Counted from the first letter of the stretch, positions 8,578 to 17,690 are shown. The stretch is DNA of 64,000 nucleotides from Gemmatimonadaceae bacterium (GCA_044224875.1 JBGAJQ010000002.1:152185-216184); one strand, 5' to 3'. Program-made: numbers and translations. The notes: generated by a model not told the origin, from the letters alone.

Positions 8578-9518
8578 AGCTGAGCGATGCTGCCCTCCAA
8601 CACCTGCGCGAAGCGATCGACGTACCGGACGCTGGCGGTCGGTATGAGATCGGCCGGCTACTGGGCCGAGGAGGAATGGGCGCCGTGTACCAGGCCACGG
8701 ATCACGTTCTGGCACGCGAGGTGGCACTGAAGGTATTGGCGCTGGACGCTGAGTCCGATGCGCTCTCCCGGCGGTTGACGCGTGAGGCAAGAATACTGGC
8801 GCAGCTCGAACATCCGGGTATCGTCGCAGTGCATGACGCCGGCGTATTAGCTGACGGACGCCCGTTCTACGTCATGCGGCTGGTCCGCGGGTCCTGGGTG
8901 GACGAACGCGCACGTTCACTCGGCGTTGGGGAAGTCCTGCGCCTTTTCCTGCGGGCTTGTGAAGCGGTGGCCTACGCACACGCACGAGGCGTGATCCATC
9001 GTGACCTTACGCCACGGAACATCATGGTGGGGGAGTACGGCGAGGTGTTGGTGCTGGACTGGGGGGTGGCGTCGGCGGTGAGTACGGATGCCGAGGAAGG
9101 GCAGGGTGCGCACGAGGCGAGGCACCAGAGCCAACCGGGACTTGTCGTGGGAACGCCGGGGTTCATGGCACCTGAGCAAGCATTGGGTGCCGGCGAGCCG
9201 ATCGATGCGCGCGCGGACGTTTTTGGACTCGGTGCCATCCTCCGCGTCTTGTTGCAGGAGCGACGGTATTCGAATGCCCGATCTCTTTCGGCCATTGTTG
9301 AACGCGCCACGGCTCCTGACCCGGGGCATCGATATTCGACCGTGGAGGAGCTGGCCGACGATGTGCGGCGGTGGCTGGACGCGGAGGCGGTGACCGCCTA
9401 CCGCGAAGGAGCTTTCGAGCGCTTGGCCCGATTCTACCAGCGCAACAAGACGCTCATTTTGCTCCTGGCGGCGTACGCCGCGGTGCGTGTGGTGATCCTG
9501 CTGTGGCGAGGTGTGTAA
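8574..9518 (+). CDS. Hanks-type Ser/Thr protein kinase with a C-terminal membrane anchor
   Basis: GRGGMG, VALK, HRDLTPRN, DWG, GTPGFMAPE, DVFGLG. Overlaps the sigma gene by 4 nt. Confidence 0.92.
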   Translation: MKLSDAALQHLREAIDVPDAGGRYEIGRLLGRGGMGAVYQATDHVLAREVALKVLALDAESDALSRRLTREARILAQLEHPGIVAVHDAGVLADGRPFYVMRLVRGSWVDERARSLGVGEVLRLFLRACEAVAYAHARGVIHRDLTPRNIMVGEYGEVLVLDWGVASAVSTDAEEGQGAHEARHQSQPGLVVGTPGFMAPEQALGAGEPIDARADVFGLGAILRVLLQERRYSNARSLSAIVERATAPDPGHRYSTVEELADDVRRWLDAEAVTAYREGAFERLARFYQRNKTLILLLAAYAAVRVVILLWRGV

Positions 9519-9590
9519 TGACGGAGCCATGGGACGCCTAATAGGGAGTTAGGAGCGCCACGACGGCGTTGCCCCAAACCAGGAGAGGAC

Positions 9591-9962
9591 ATGAAGAAGC
9601 CCATGCTTGGACTGCTCGCCGGAGGCGCCTTGGGTGTGATTGATGGCTTGACGGCACTGGTCTCGGCGCCGGAAGTCGCGCCAGGAATCGTCGGGATCGT
9701 GCTGGGTTCCATGGCCAAGGGACTCGTCGCCGGCGTGCTCATTGGCTGGTTCGCGCGCAAGGTGAACAACCTCGCGGCCGGCGTCTTGTTTGGGCTGGCG
9801 ATGGGAGCGCTGTTCGCCCTTCCTTTTGCGTTGAGTACAGATCCGAGCACTGGAAAACAGTACTTCTGGGAAATCCTGATTCCTGGCTCGTTGGTCGGGC
9901 TCATTGTGGGATTCCTGACGCAGCGCTACGGCCTCGGATCTCGGGTTCCGGCTCGCACGTAG
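9591..9962 (+). CDS. Small Gly-rich membrane protein (about 4 TM), function unknown
   Basis: Strong RBS (aggagagg) and four hydrophobic segments. Confidence 0.75.
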   Translation: MKKPMLGLLAGGALGVIDGLTALVSAPEVAPGIVGIVLGSMAKGLVAGVLIGWFARKVNNLAAGVLFGLAMGALFALPFALSTDPSTGKQYFWEILIPGSLVGLIVGFLTQRYGLGSRVPART

Positions 9963-10039
9963 CCGGGATTCACACCGCGCAGTCGCTTACCGCTCGAGCC
10001 TCGCGGTGGCGAAGCATGGGACCACACGGTCTCAGGTGG

Positions 10040-10675
10040 CTATTCGCCGGCGCGCACGATTCCGCGATCGATGGCCACCGTAACGGCGGCTGTCCGATCG
10101 TCGACGCCCAGCTTCGCGAAGATATGGAGGAGGTGAGTCTTCACGGTGGCTTCGCCGATCTTGAGCTCCCGGGCAATGATCTTGTTGCTGGTGCCACGGG
10201 CGACGTGGCGGAGTACCTCGATTTCGCGCACGCTCAGCACGCGACCGTCGGCGCCGCGCGAGCGTCGGACCAGACGTGACGCGACGGAAGGAGACAGCAT
10301 GGACTGACCGATCGCGGTCGCGCGGATGGCGCGAAACAGTTCCTCTCGCGGAGTCTCCTTCAGCAGGTAGCCCGTGGCGCCCGACTCGATGGCTCGCAAG
10401 ACATCAGCGTCGGTTTCATAGGTGGTCAGCACGAGCACATAGGTGGCTGGTGATATGCGCCTGATCTCGCGTGTGGTCCCCACGCCATCGAGCACGGGCA
10501 TTCGAAGATCGACCAATACGACCTGCGGGCGATGTGTGCGCACCAGCTCCAACGCCTCCTGGCCGTTGGCGGCTTCACCGATCACCTCGAAGTCAGGCTG
10601 CGAGGCGAGCAGCCCTTGCAGTCCCGCGCGGACGATGGGATGGTCGTCGGCGATGACGAGTCGAATGCGGCTCAT
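10040..10675 (-). CDS. NarL/LuxR-family response regulator
   Basis: IADDHPIVRAG, VDLRMP, GYLLK and a LuxR HTH (TVKTHLLHIFAKLGV). Confidence 0.95.
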   Translation of the reverse strand: MSRIRLVIADDHPIVRAGLQGLLASQPDFEVIGEAANGQEALELVRTHRPQVVLVDLRMPVLDGVGTTREIRRISPATYVLVLTTYETDADVLRAIESGATGYLLKETPREELFRAIRATAIGQSMLSPSVASRLVRRSRGADGRVLSVREIEVLRHVARGTSNKIIARELKIGEATVKTHLLHIFAKLGVDDRTAAVTVAIDRGIVRAGE

Positions 10676-12036
10676 GCGTCGGTCCGGCGATAGGCCGGCA
10701 GTTCGGCCGTGTGGAGCATGGGAATGGCGACGGTGAGGGTGGTGCCCTCACCCCGTTCGCTTTCGATCGTGATGGAGCCATGCAGCTGTTCCACCCGCTC
10801 GCGCATGGCGCGGAGCCCAAACGACGCGTTCGTGGTGGAGGTGCGCACCTGGGCAGCGTCAAAGCCGATGCCGTCATCGCGGACATCGAGCATCACCACG
10901 TCGTCCATGTATGAGAGGGTCACGGCGACGGCATGGGCGCTGGCGTGCTTGCGAACGTTGGCCAGGCCTTCCTGAAGGGCCCGGAACAGGGTGATCTCGG
11001 CTTCAGGATGGATCGGGGCGGGGACGCCGGTCACGGTGCTCGTCACGGGCGTGCCGGTGCGCTCCGCGGTTTGAACGCACCAGCGGGCCACCGCCTCGGG
11101 GAGTTCAACGTGCTCCAGAAGCTCGGGCCGGAGGGACGCCATGACGCGCCGGGTGTCGTCGAGACTCTCGCGGGCGATGGCACGTGCTCGTTGCATCTGT
11201 ACGCGACTCTCGACGGCCGGTTCGGGGAGCATCTGCTCCGCCGTCTCCAGGTGCATCACCACCGCGCTCAATCCCTGCGTGAGGGTATCGTGCAATTCCC
11301 TCGTGATGCGTTGGCGTTCATCCATCGTGCCGGCGTGATGTGCCGTGCGAGCCAACTCTTCACGCGTTGCCTGCAGTTCGGCAGCCAATCGCTCGCGTCT
11401 ATCTGCCAGTTGCACTACGCGACGCAGGAAGACGCCGATGATCGCGGCGAGCAAGGCGCGTGAGAGGAGAAAGGCCAGGAGTTCGGTGTGTGAAAGTGCG
11501 GTCGTCTCGCCGCCGAACCGGCTCTCCCAACCCGCGTGCGCCGTCAGCGCGCCGACGGCGAGAATGGCCCATGGGAGCGGGAGCACGACGAACAGCAGGG
11601 GGATGAAGACGAGGCCGAGCAGCCAGAACCCCATGCTCAGGTGGGTCAGGAGGATGGACAGGCCGATCGCTACGCCCGCGAGGAGCGGCAGCGACCATCG
11701 CCGCCGTCTCTGTGGCCGATCCATTTCCACGGTCCATCGCCAATACCAGACAAACAAGCCAACGACCAACGGGAGGACCTGGCGCCATTGCGCGCCCGCT
11801 AGATGATCGTCAAACGCCCAGACCGCCAGCGACAACCCGAGTGCCGTCAGGGCAAACAGCGGCCACCGAAACATCCAGCGACGCCACGCGTGAGGCGCCC
11901 AGACGTCGTCAGCAAGCGTTTCGATGGTCACGAGCGGAAGCGGCGGCACATGCTGAGAAGCTATGCCGCCGGCGTCGCCGGCGCATTGGTCCAGCGGTGG
12001 AGTATCCATCCACCGATCGATGGATGGCTGGCGCAA
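10672..12036 (-). CDS. Membrane sensor histidine kinase (HisKA_3 type)
   Basis: Multiple TM segments, ERQRITRELHDTLTQGL, QEGLANVRKH, DDGIGF, FGLRAMRER. The true start is probably downstream of 12036 (for example GTG 11949). Confidence 0.93.
   Translation of the reverse strand: MRQPSIDRWMDTPPLDQCAGDAGGIASQHVPPLPLVTIETLADDVWAPHAWRRWMFRWPLFALTALGLSLAVWAFDDHLAGAQWRQVLPLVVGLFVWYWRWTVEMDRPQRRRRWSLPLLAGVAIGLSILLTHLSMGFWLLGLVFIPLLFVVLPLPWAILAVGALTAHAGWESRFGGETTALSHTELLAFLLSRALLAAIIGVFLRRVVQLADRRERLAAELQATREELARTAHHAGTMDERQRITRELHDTLTQGLSAVVMHLETAEQMLPEPAVESRVQMQRARAIARESLDDTRRVMASLRPELLEHVELPEAVARWCVQTAERTGTPVTSTVTGVPAPIHPEAEITLFRALQEGLANVRKHASAHAVAVTLSYMDDVVMLDVRDDGIGFDAAQVRTSTTNASFGLRAMRERVEQLHGSITIESERGEGTTLTVAIPMLHTAELPAYRRTDA
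12006..12027. promoter_or_regulatory. 22-bp palindrome, candidate response-regulator operator
   Basis: CCATCCA-c-CGATCG-a-TGGATGG between the divergent kinase and hydrolase genes. Confidence 0.55.
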
Positions 12037-12124
12037 CGATCGAGCGATACGCCGCCCGCCTGCCTCGATCTACCATCGATCACGGGTGCGACAGCACCCA
12101 CAACCTTGACCGATGGAGGAAACA

Positions 12125-13093
12125 ATGAAGCGGATCCTGCTCGCGGCGATCGTCGCCACAGGAGCGTGCTCGGATAGCAGTGGCCCGGCCGCTCAGGCCC
12201 CTCGTACGCGATTTGTCACCGTTGCGCCTGGCGTTCGCCTGGAAGTCGTCGACTACGGTGGTTCAGGAGAACCACTGGTGCTACTGGCCGGGAGCGGCAA
12301 CACGGCACACGTCTTCGCCACCTTCGCCTGGCGATTCACCGACACGTATCACGTCGTGGCACTCACCCGGCGCGGCTTCGGTGCGTCGAGCAAGCCGGCA
12401 ACGGGCTACGACACGCGCACGCTCGCCGAAGATGTGCGCATCGTGCTGGATTCACTGCGCCTGACGAGGGTGTCGCTCATGGGGCACTCGCTGGCCGGTG
12501 ATGAAATGACCAGGCTGGCCGGCGACCATCCTGATCGCGTTCGCAAGCTCATCTACCTGGATGCCGCGTACGACCGGGTCGCCTTGGGAGCGATCATGGC
12601 AGAGTATCCGCTGCCCACACCGCCAGCACCAACGTCTGGTGAACTAGCGACCAAAGAAGGATTTGGCCGATACATCCAGCGAGTGCGTGGCGTCCCCATC
12701 CCCGCCGACGAGATTGCGGCGACATTCTCCTTCGCGACCGATGGTTCGCTGATTGGCGAGCTCACGCCACCCGAGATCTATCGGGAGTTGTTAGGTAGTG
12801 AGGAAGCGCCAGACTACGCTCGCGTGCGGGTTCCATCGCTTGGGATCTACGCGGTCGCGCAGGACGCCGGTGACGTGGTCCCCTGGCTCACGCCGGCGTC
12901 CGAGGACTGGCCGATAGCGCAGGAGGTCTTTCACGGCGTGTTTGAGCCGTTCTACGGCGGCGAACGAGCACGCTTTCAAACGCAGGTGACGCAAAACCAG
13001 GTGCTCGAGATGCCAGCCGCCAATCACTACGTCTTCCTGTCGGATGCCGCGCGTGTAGCTGGCGCCGTCCGGTCGTTCCTCCAGAAACCCTAA
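12125..13093 (+). CDS. Alpha/beta hydrolase lipoprotein
   Basis: GGAGG RBS, lipobox TGAC, TRRGFGAS, nucleophile motif GHSLAG, C-terminal HYVF. Confidence 0.9.
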   Translation: MKRILLAAIVATGACSDSSGPAAQAPRTRFVTVAPGVRLEVVDYGGSGEPLVLLAGSGNTAHVFATFAWRFTDTYHVVALTRRGFGASSKPATGYDTRTLAEDVRIVLDSLRLTRVSLMGHSLAGDEMTRLAGDHPDRVRKLIYLDAAYDRVALGAIMAEYPLPTPPAPTSGELATKEGFGRYIQRVRGVPIPADEIAATFSFATDGSLIGELTPPEIYRELLGSEEAPDYARVRVPSLGIYAVAQDAGDVVPWLTPASEDWPIAQEVFHGVFEPFYGGERARFQTQVTQNQVLEMPAANHYVFLSDAARVAGAVRSFLQKP

Positions 13094-13102
13094 CGAGCGG
13101 GG

Positions 13103-14434
13103 ATGACGACAATGGGAACGGCACGGATTGGCATCGCCACCGCCATGGTCGCGGTCCTCCTCGGCTCCGCGTGCCGGCGCGCTGGGCCCGAGGTGGGCAT
13201 CCAGACAGCGGAGCCAGCTACTTGGATGGATGCACGCGGCTTCCTCAACCAACGCATTGAGGTCGACAACACCTGGATACATGTGGTCGACTATGGTGGT
13301 GTGGGTGAGCCCCTGGTCTTTCTCGCCGGACTGGGCAATTCGGCGCACGTTTTCGATGACTTTGCGCCACGATTCACCGATCGGTTTCACGTGCTGGCGC
13401 TCACCCGGCGCGGCTATGGTGAGTCGGGGCGCCCGTCGAGTGGCTACACAACCACGCGACTGGCACAGGACGTCGCGGATGTTCTCGACTCGCTCCAGCT
13501 GCCACGAGCCGTGTTTGTCGGTCACTCCGTTGGAGGTGACGAGCTAACAGAGCTCGGCGCCACGCATCCCAATCGAGTGCGGGCGCTGGTCTATCTGGAC
13601 GCCGCGTACGATCGACACGGGTTCACGGGGAGGACATTGGGGCGACTCCTGTTGGGCCAACTACCACCCACGATGCCGCGGCCCAACGCGCGTGATCGCA
13701 GCTCGGTGGCCGAGTACGCCGGATACCTGGAACGCATCTACGGCGTGCGATGGCCGGAGAGTGAGGTTCGTGCGACACGCCGCTTCGACGTCAACGGCGC
13801 ATACTCGGGCGACGCGACGTCGGGATCGGTCAACCTCGCCGTTGCACGTGGCGAGTTGCCAATGAGGTATGAGCGGATCGGGGCCCCGACCTTGGCGATC
13901 TATGCGGTGGAACGGAGCGTCGAGCGCGACTATCCATGGATTCGCCGAATGACGATTGGGCAGGGGAAGGCGTGGCTGCAGGCGCAAAAGGCGCAGCGCG
14001 CCGAAGTCCGGTGGGAAGCGGAAAGTCGCAATCGATTGGCCGACGTGCTGCCGTCGGCAAGAATCGTGAAGCTGACCGACGCGTCGCACTATGTGTTCAT
14101 CTCACACGCGGACACCGTGGAGGCAGAAGTGCGTGCGTTCCTTGAAGCTGATCGGGGGGCGCGGGCGAACCACGGCACGGAGCGGGCGATGTCCTCGGGA
14201 CGTGCTCTCGAAGGTCAAACGACAAGCCAGGCACTTGGGGACCGCTGGGCCCCGTCGACCGAGTCATCCTTGACGTCTTCGGCGGTGCGTCCCATTGTGT
14301 ACGTGGCGCCGGTCCGCGCCCAACCTCATGAGACTCCGCCCCAGCCGGAGTCGAGTGCGAGGCAAAGGGGGGCAGACTCCCGGATTCGTACCGTCGGTCC
14401 TTTGCGTTCACCATGGATTGCTGCTGGGGAGTGA
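13103..14434 (+). CDS. Alpha/beta hydrolase lipoprotein, paralog of the previous gene
   Basis: LGSAC, TRRGYGES, GHSVGG, YLDAAYD, HYVF. Similarity to the paralog ends near 14150, and the remaining ~90 codons look like read-through. Confidence 0.85.
   Translation: MTTMGTARIGIATAMVAVLLGSACRRAGPEVGIQTAEPATWMDARGFLNQRIEVDNTWIHVVDYGGVGEPLVFLAGLGNSAHVFDDFAPRFTDRFHVLALTRRGYGESGRPSSGYTTTRLAQDVADVLDSLQLPRAVFVGHSVGGDELTELGATHPNRVRALVYLDAAYDRHGFTGRTLGRLLLGQLPPTMPRPNARDRSSVAEYAGYLERIYGVRWPESEVRATRRFDVNGAYSGDATSGSVNLAVARGELPMRYERIGAPTLAIYAVERSVERDYPWIRRMTIGQGKAWLQAQKAQRAEVRWEAESRNRLADVLPSARIVKLTDASHYVFISHADTVEAEVRAFLEADRGARANHGTERAMSSGRALEGQTTSQALGDRWAPSTESSLTSSAVRPIVYVAPVRAQPHETPPQPESSARQRGADSRIRTVGPLRSPWIAAGE
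14270..14298 (+). promoter_or_regulatory. Candidate sigma-70 promoter
   Basis: TTGACG (14270-14275), 17 bp spacer, CATTGT (14293-14298), just upstream of the structured leader. Confidence 0.45.
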
Positions 14435-14455
14435 CCCGTGGTGTACCCAAGGGAG
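14305..14455 (+). ncRNA. Putative cis-regulatory structured RNA with a kissing-loop interaction
   Basis: Hairpin A gactccg/cggagtc with loop CCCCAGC (14339-14345). Stem gcaaagg/cctttgc. Hairpin B 14409-14443 with loop GCTGGGG (14423-14429), the exact complement of loop A. Confidence 0.65.
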
Positions 14456-14462
14456 ACTGACG

Positions 14463-15194
14463 ATGACGAAGCAGAAGGACTTCAAGCGCCTCGTTCGCGC
14501 TCGCATGACAAAGACGGGTGAAGCCTACACCACCGCCCGCGCCCACATTCTCCGGAAGTCATCCAGCAAGCCCGCCGTGCAACGGACGAGTGTTGCAGCT
14601 GTGGTGCTGCGCGAGCCGACAGCAGCGGACTACGCGGTTCTTGCAGGGTGGAGTGACGAAACGATCAAGGCCAGGACCGGTTGCGGGTGGGAGAAGTGGG
14701 TGCGCGCACTGGATCACAAGAAGGCTCACCAGCTGCAACACGGCGAGATTGCTGCCCTCGTCAAGTCCAAGTACAAGATCGACGGGTGGTGGTCACAGGC
14801 CGTCACGGTGGGATACGAGCGGATCAAGGGCCTTCGTTCGAGGGGCCAACGCCGCGATGGGTTGTTCGAGGCCAGCAAGTCGCGCACGTTCGGGGTGCCG
14901 ATCCGCAAACTGTTCAACGCGTGGGCGGATATCGATGTCCGGCGGCGGTGGCTGGATGGAGTGGCCGTTAAGGTGCGAACGGCGACGGCGCCCAAGTCGA
15001 TGCGGCTCGGATGGCCAGATGGCAGCATCGTAGTGGTGGGCTTCACACCCAAGGGCACATCCAAGAGCGTAGTCGCGATCGCACATTCCAAGCTCCCCGA
15101 CCGTGATTCGGCGAATCGCTTCAAGGCGTACTGGGGGGAGCGCTTCGACGTGCTCCACGAGGTCTTGTCCGCCTCGTCACAGGAAGCCAGGTAG
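14463..15194 (+). CDS. Protein with a basic N-terminal helix, a DUF4287-like helical domain and an SRPBCC-like C-terminal domain
   Basis: GGGAG RBS. MTKQKDFKRLVRARMTKTGEAYTTARAHIL, then RTGCGWEKW...HGEIA...GWWSQAVTVGYE, then LFNAWAD...RRRW...YWGERF. Confidence 0.8.
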   Translation: MTKQKDFKRLVRARMTKTGEAYTTARAHILRKSSSKPAVQRTSVAAVVLREPTAADYAVLAGWSDETIKARTGCGWEKWVRALDHKKAHQLQHGEIAALVKSKYKIDGWWSQAVTVGYERIKGLRSRGQRRDGLFEASKSRTFGVPIRKLFNAWADIDVRRRWLDGVAVKVRTATAPKSMRLGWPDGSIVVVGFTPKGTSKSVVAIAHSKLPDRDSANRFKAYWGERFDVLHEVLSASSQEAR

Positions 15195-15224
15195 GACGGG
15201 GCCGCCGGCGACACGTGGACAGAG

Positions 15225-15253
15225 CGCGCGCACCGTGGGTGACGGTGCGCGCG
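15225..15253. terminator. Perfect 12-bp hairpin between convergent reading frames
   Basis: cgcgcgcaccgt-gggtg-acggtgcgcgcg. No clear U-tract. Confidence 0.55.
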
Positions 15254-15269
15254 TCTCGTCACGGGTCAG

Positions 15270-15390
15270 TTACTGGGAGTCGGCGGGCGCGAGCACGCAC
15301 CCCTGCTTCACGCGCAAACGGATGTCCCGCACAGCATCAAAGCGCCTGAACGGATCTTCAGGGAGAACAAGAAAGCTGGCTTCGTGGTCG
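15270..15390 (-). pseudogene. C-terminal remnant of an amidohydrolase-family gene
   Basis: EASFLVLPEDPFRRFDAVRDIRLRVKQG resembles the last beta-strands of amidohydrolases. No upstream gene body is present. Confidence 0.5.
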
Positions 15391-15524
15391 CATGGCAAGA
15401 TGTTCGTTTGCGGGTAGAAACGGTGGCGCGCCGTAGGGTTGGCTGGCATCGCCGCACACAGCCCGTCCCGGCTTCTCACGGCACCTCGTCGTATCGCCTG
15501 CGTCAGACGTCGGTCACGTCGTCT

Positions 15525-16442
15525 CTAGCGTACGTCGGATGCAACGGCCCACGCCGCAAACTTTCCTTCCAGGTGGGGGAAGGCGGCGGACGCCTCCCGA
15601 GCGAAGCGAGTGAGCAGGTTGGTGAGATCCGACTTCGGCCACCATCGCACGGCCACGTCGCGCGCGCGATCGATGTCGCCGCACAAGCAGTGCTGAAGCA
15701 TGAGGGACTCGATGCTCGATGCCGTCCCATCGTGCGCCTTGATCGAACCGTCGTGCCGGAAGGCGATGGCATCCTCATCGTCAGGCTCACTACGATCGAC
15801 GGCGAGCGTTCCCTTGGCGTTCCGGCACATCCAGGCCGTCACATCCACGAGCGCGCCGCGCCGCCACCGGTAGATGCGCTCCGCGGCGACGCGGCCGACC
15901 ATGCCATACCGCTCGCTGCCGAATCCTCCTTCCCAGGATCGCAGGATGGCACGTCCCATGGGGTCACGGAAGAACCCAGCGGCACCCTGACGCTGAACGG
16001 AGAGGATCCTGCGGGCGCGACCGCGCAAGGAAATCACGTCAATCGTCCAGCAGCAGTGATTCCCGCCCCCCGTATCGATCGTGAGTATCAAGTCACGCGC
16101 ACCGTCACCATCGACGTCGAAGTCCAAGGCCAGCGAATCGAGCGACACGCCAAACCCTTCCTCGCGATAGGCAACACGTCCCTCGCGGTCGCGGATCGTC
16201 GCCGCGCAGCCATGCTCCACGGTGTCGGAGGAGTCACTCGTGTGCTCAACGGTGAGTACGTAGCGGCCTCTCGCCAGCTGCATCTCTCCGAGGGTATCGT
16301 CGTTCCCGCCATAATAGCAGTGCAGGGGAGCTCGCGCGGGCACTTGCGCCGAGAGAGGGCCGGATGCTCCGATGCAAATGACGGAAGGGGTCCACAGCGC
16401 TGCGCCGCGCAAGAACCACCCCCTGAGACGCTGGAGGGTCAC
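15525..16442 (-). CDS. Secreted hypothetical protein with a DxDGDG loop and a GGxHCC motif
   Basis: Signal-like LSAQ, DFDVDGDGARDL, TGGGNHCCW. Start uncertain. Confidence 0.65.
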   Translation of the reverse strand: MTLQRLRGWFLRGAALWTPSVICIGASGPLSAQVPARAPLHCYYGGNDDTLGEMQLARGRYVLTVEHTSDSSDTVEHGCAATIRDREGRVAYREEGFGVSLDSLALDFDVDGDGARDLILTIDTGGGNHCCWTIDVISLRGRARRILSVQRQGAAGFFRDPMGRAILRSWEGGFGSERYGMVGRVAAERIYRWRRGALVDVTAWMCRNAKGTLAVDRSEPDDEDAIAFRHDGSIKAHDGTASSIESLMLQHCLCGDIDRARDVAVRWWPKSDLTNLLTRFAREASAAFPHLEGKFAAWAVASDVR

Positions 16443-16538
16443 GGTCGCGACGGTACTACGACGTCGCAAGGAAGACGGGGTCAGGAGGTGCCTGCATTGT
16501 ATCGACAGGTCGGTCACCGCTTGGACAGAGCGTCTGTG

Positions 16539-17690
16539 TCAGAGGCCGCCGCGCGCAACGAGTTGGCGCACGATGACGTTTCGTTGAATCTCGTTGGTGC
16601 CCTCTCCGACGATCATCAGCGGGGCGTCCCGGAAGTACCGTTCGACATCGAATTCGGTGGAGTAGCCGTAACCACCGTGCACGCGGATCGCATCGAGGGC
16701 GATTTCCATCGCGGCCTCCGAGGCGAAGAGCTTGGCCATACCGGCCTCGAGGTCACAGCGCTCGCCACGGTCGAATTGCTCGGCAGCGAAGCGAGTGAGC
16801 TGACGGGCGGCGGTGAGCTTGGTGGCCATGTTGGCGAGGTAGTTACCCACCGACTGGTGCTTCCAGATTGGCTCACCGAAAGTCTCGCGCACTTGCGCGT
16901 AGGCAAGCGCGTCCTCGAAGGCTGCAGCCGCAACACCCAGGGCCCGGCCTGCCACCTGCAAACGACCCGTCTCCAACCCCTTCATCATCTGGGAGAATCC
17001 CTGGCCGGCCTCTCCTCCAAGGATCGAAGCTACGGGCGTGCGATAATCGTCGAAGAACAACTCGCAACTTTCGACGCCCTTGTAACCGAGCTTGGGAAGG
17101 TCCCGCGCCACCGTGAGCCCCGGCCCGTGTTCGGCGAGAACGATGGAGATGCCGTGATGTCGCGATGCGGCCGCATCGGTCTTCACCAGCAGCGCGATGA
17201 GTGCGGATCGCCGGGCGTTCGTGATCCACGTCTTTGTTCCGTTGATGATGAGGTCATTCCCGTCGCGCACTGCGACCGTGGTGATCGCCTGCATGTCCGA
17301 CCCGCCCTTCGGCTCCGTGAGCGCCATGGTGGCGCGAATGCTGCCGGTCGCCATGGCCGGGAGGTACGTGGCCTTCTGCGCTTCCGTTCCGAAGGCGACG
17401 AGCAACTTGGCCACAACCGTATGCCCGCCCATGGCGCCCGCAAGGCTCATCCAGCCTCGCGAGAGTTCTTCCGTGACTTGTACATAGCACGGCATGGACA
17501 CGGGGGTGCCGCCATACTCTTCCGGCACGGCGAGCCCGAAGATGCCCATCTCCTTCATGGTTTCGATCCACGCCGTCGGGTACTCGTTGGCGTGTTCGAG
17601 CTCGCGGACGCTCGGCCGCACGTCGCGGTCGATGAACGCGCGAACAGTCGCCACTACGGCGGCTTCATCGTCCTTCAGGTGGTGTGGCAC
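16539..17690 (-). CDS. Acyl-CoA dehydrogenase
   Basis: MALTEPKGGSD, NGTKTWITN, RETFGEPI, HGGYGYSTEFDVERYFRD, GEGTNEIQ. Confidence 0.95.
   Translation of the reverse strand: MPHHLKDDEAAVVATVRAFIDRDVRPSVRELEHANEYPTAWIETMKEMGIFGLAVPEEYGGTPVSMPCYVQVTEELSRGWMSLAGAMGGHTVVAKLLVAFGTEAQKATYLPAMATGSIRATMALTEPKGGSDMQAITTVAVRDGNDLIINGTKTWITNARRSALIALLVKTDAAASRHHGISIVLAEHGPGLTVARDLPKLGYKGVESCELFFDDYRTPVASILGGEAGQGFSQMMKGLETGRLQVAGRALGVAAAAFEDALAYAQVRETFGEPIWKHQSVGNYLANMATKLTAARQLTRFAAEQFDRGERCDLEAGMAKLFASEAAMEIALDAIRVHGGYGYSTEFDVERYFRDAPLMIVGEGTNEIQRNVIVRQLVARGGL

Noticed and set aside
9536..9554. attC-like cctaa...ttagg inverted repeat, plus scattered CTAAC/GTTAG motifs near 61237 and 63126
   Set aside because: Too short, no paired L/R boxes, and no integron integrase in the window.
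14405..14413. tRNA-like 3' end (GTTCACCA) within the leader
   Set aside because: No cloverleaf or T-arm geometry, and these bases are better explained as part of hairpin B.
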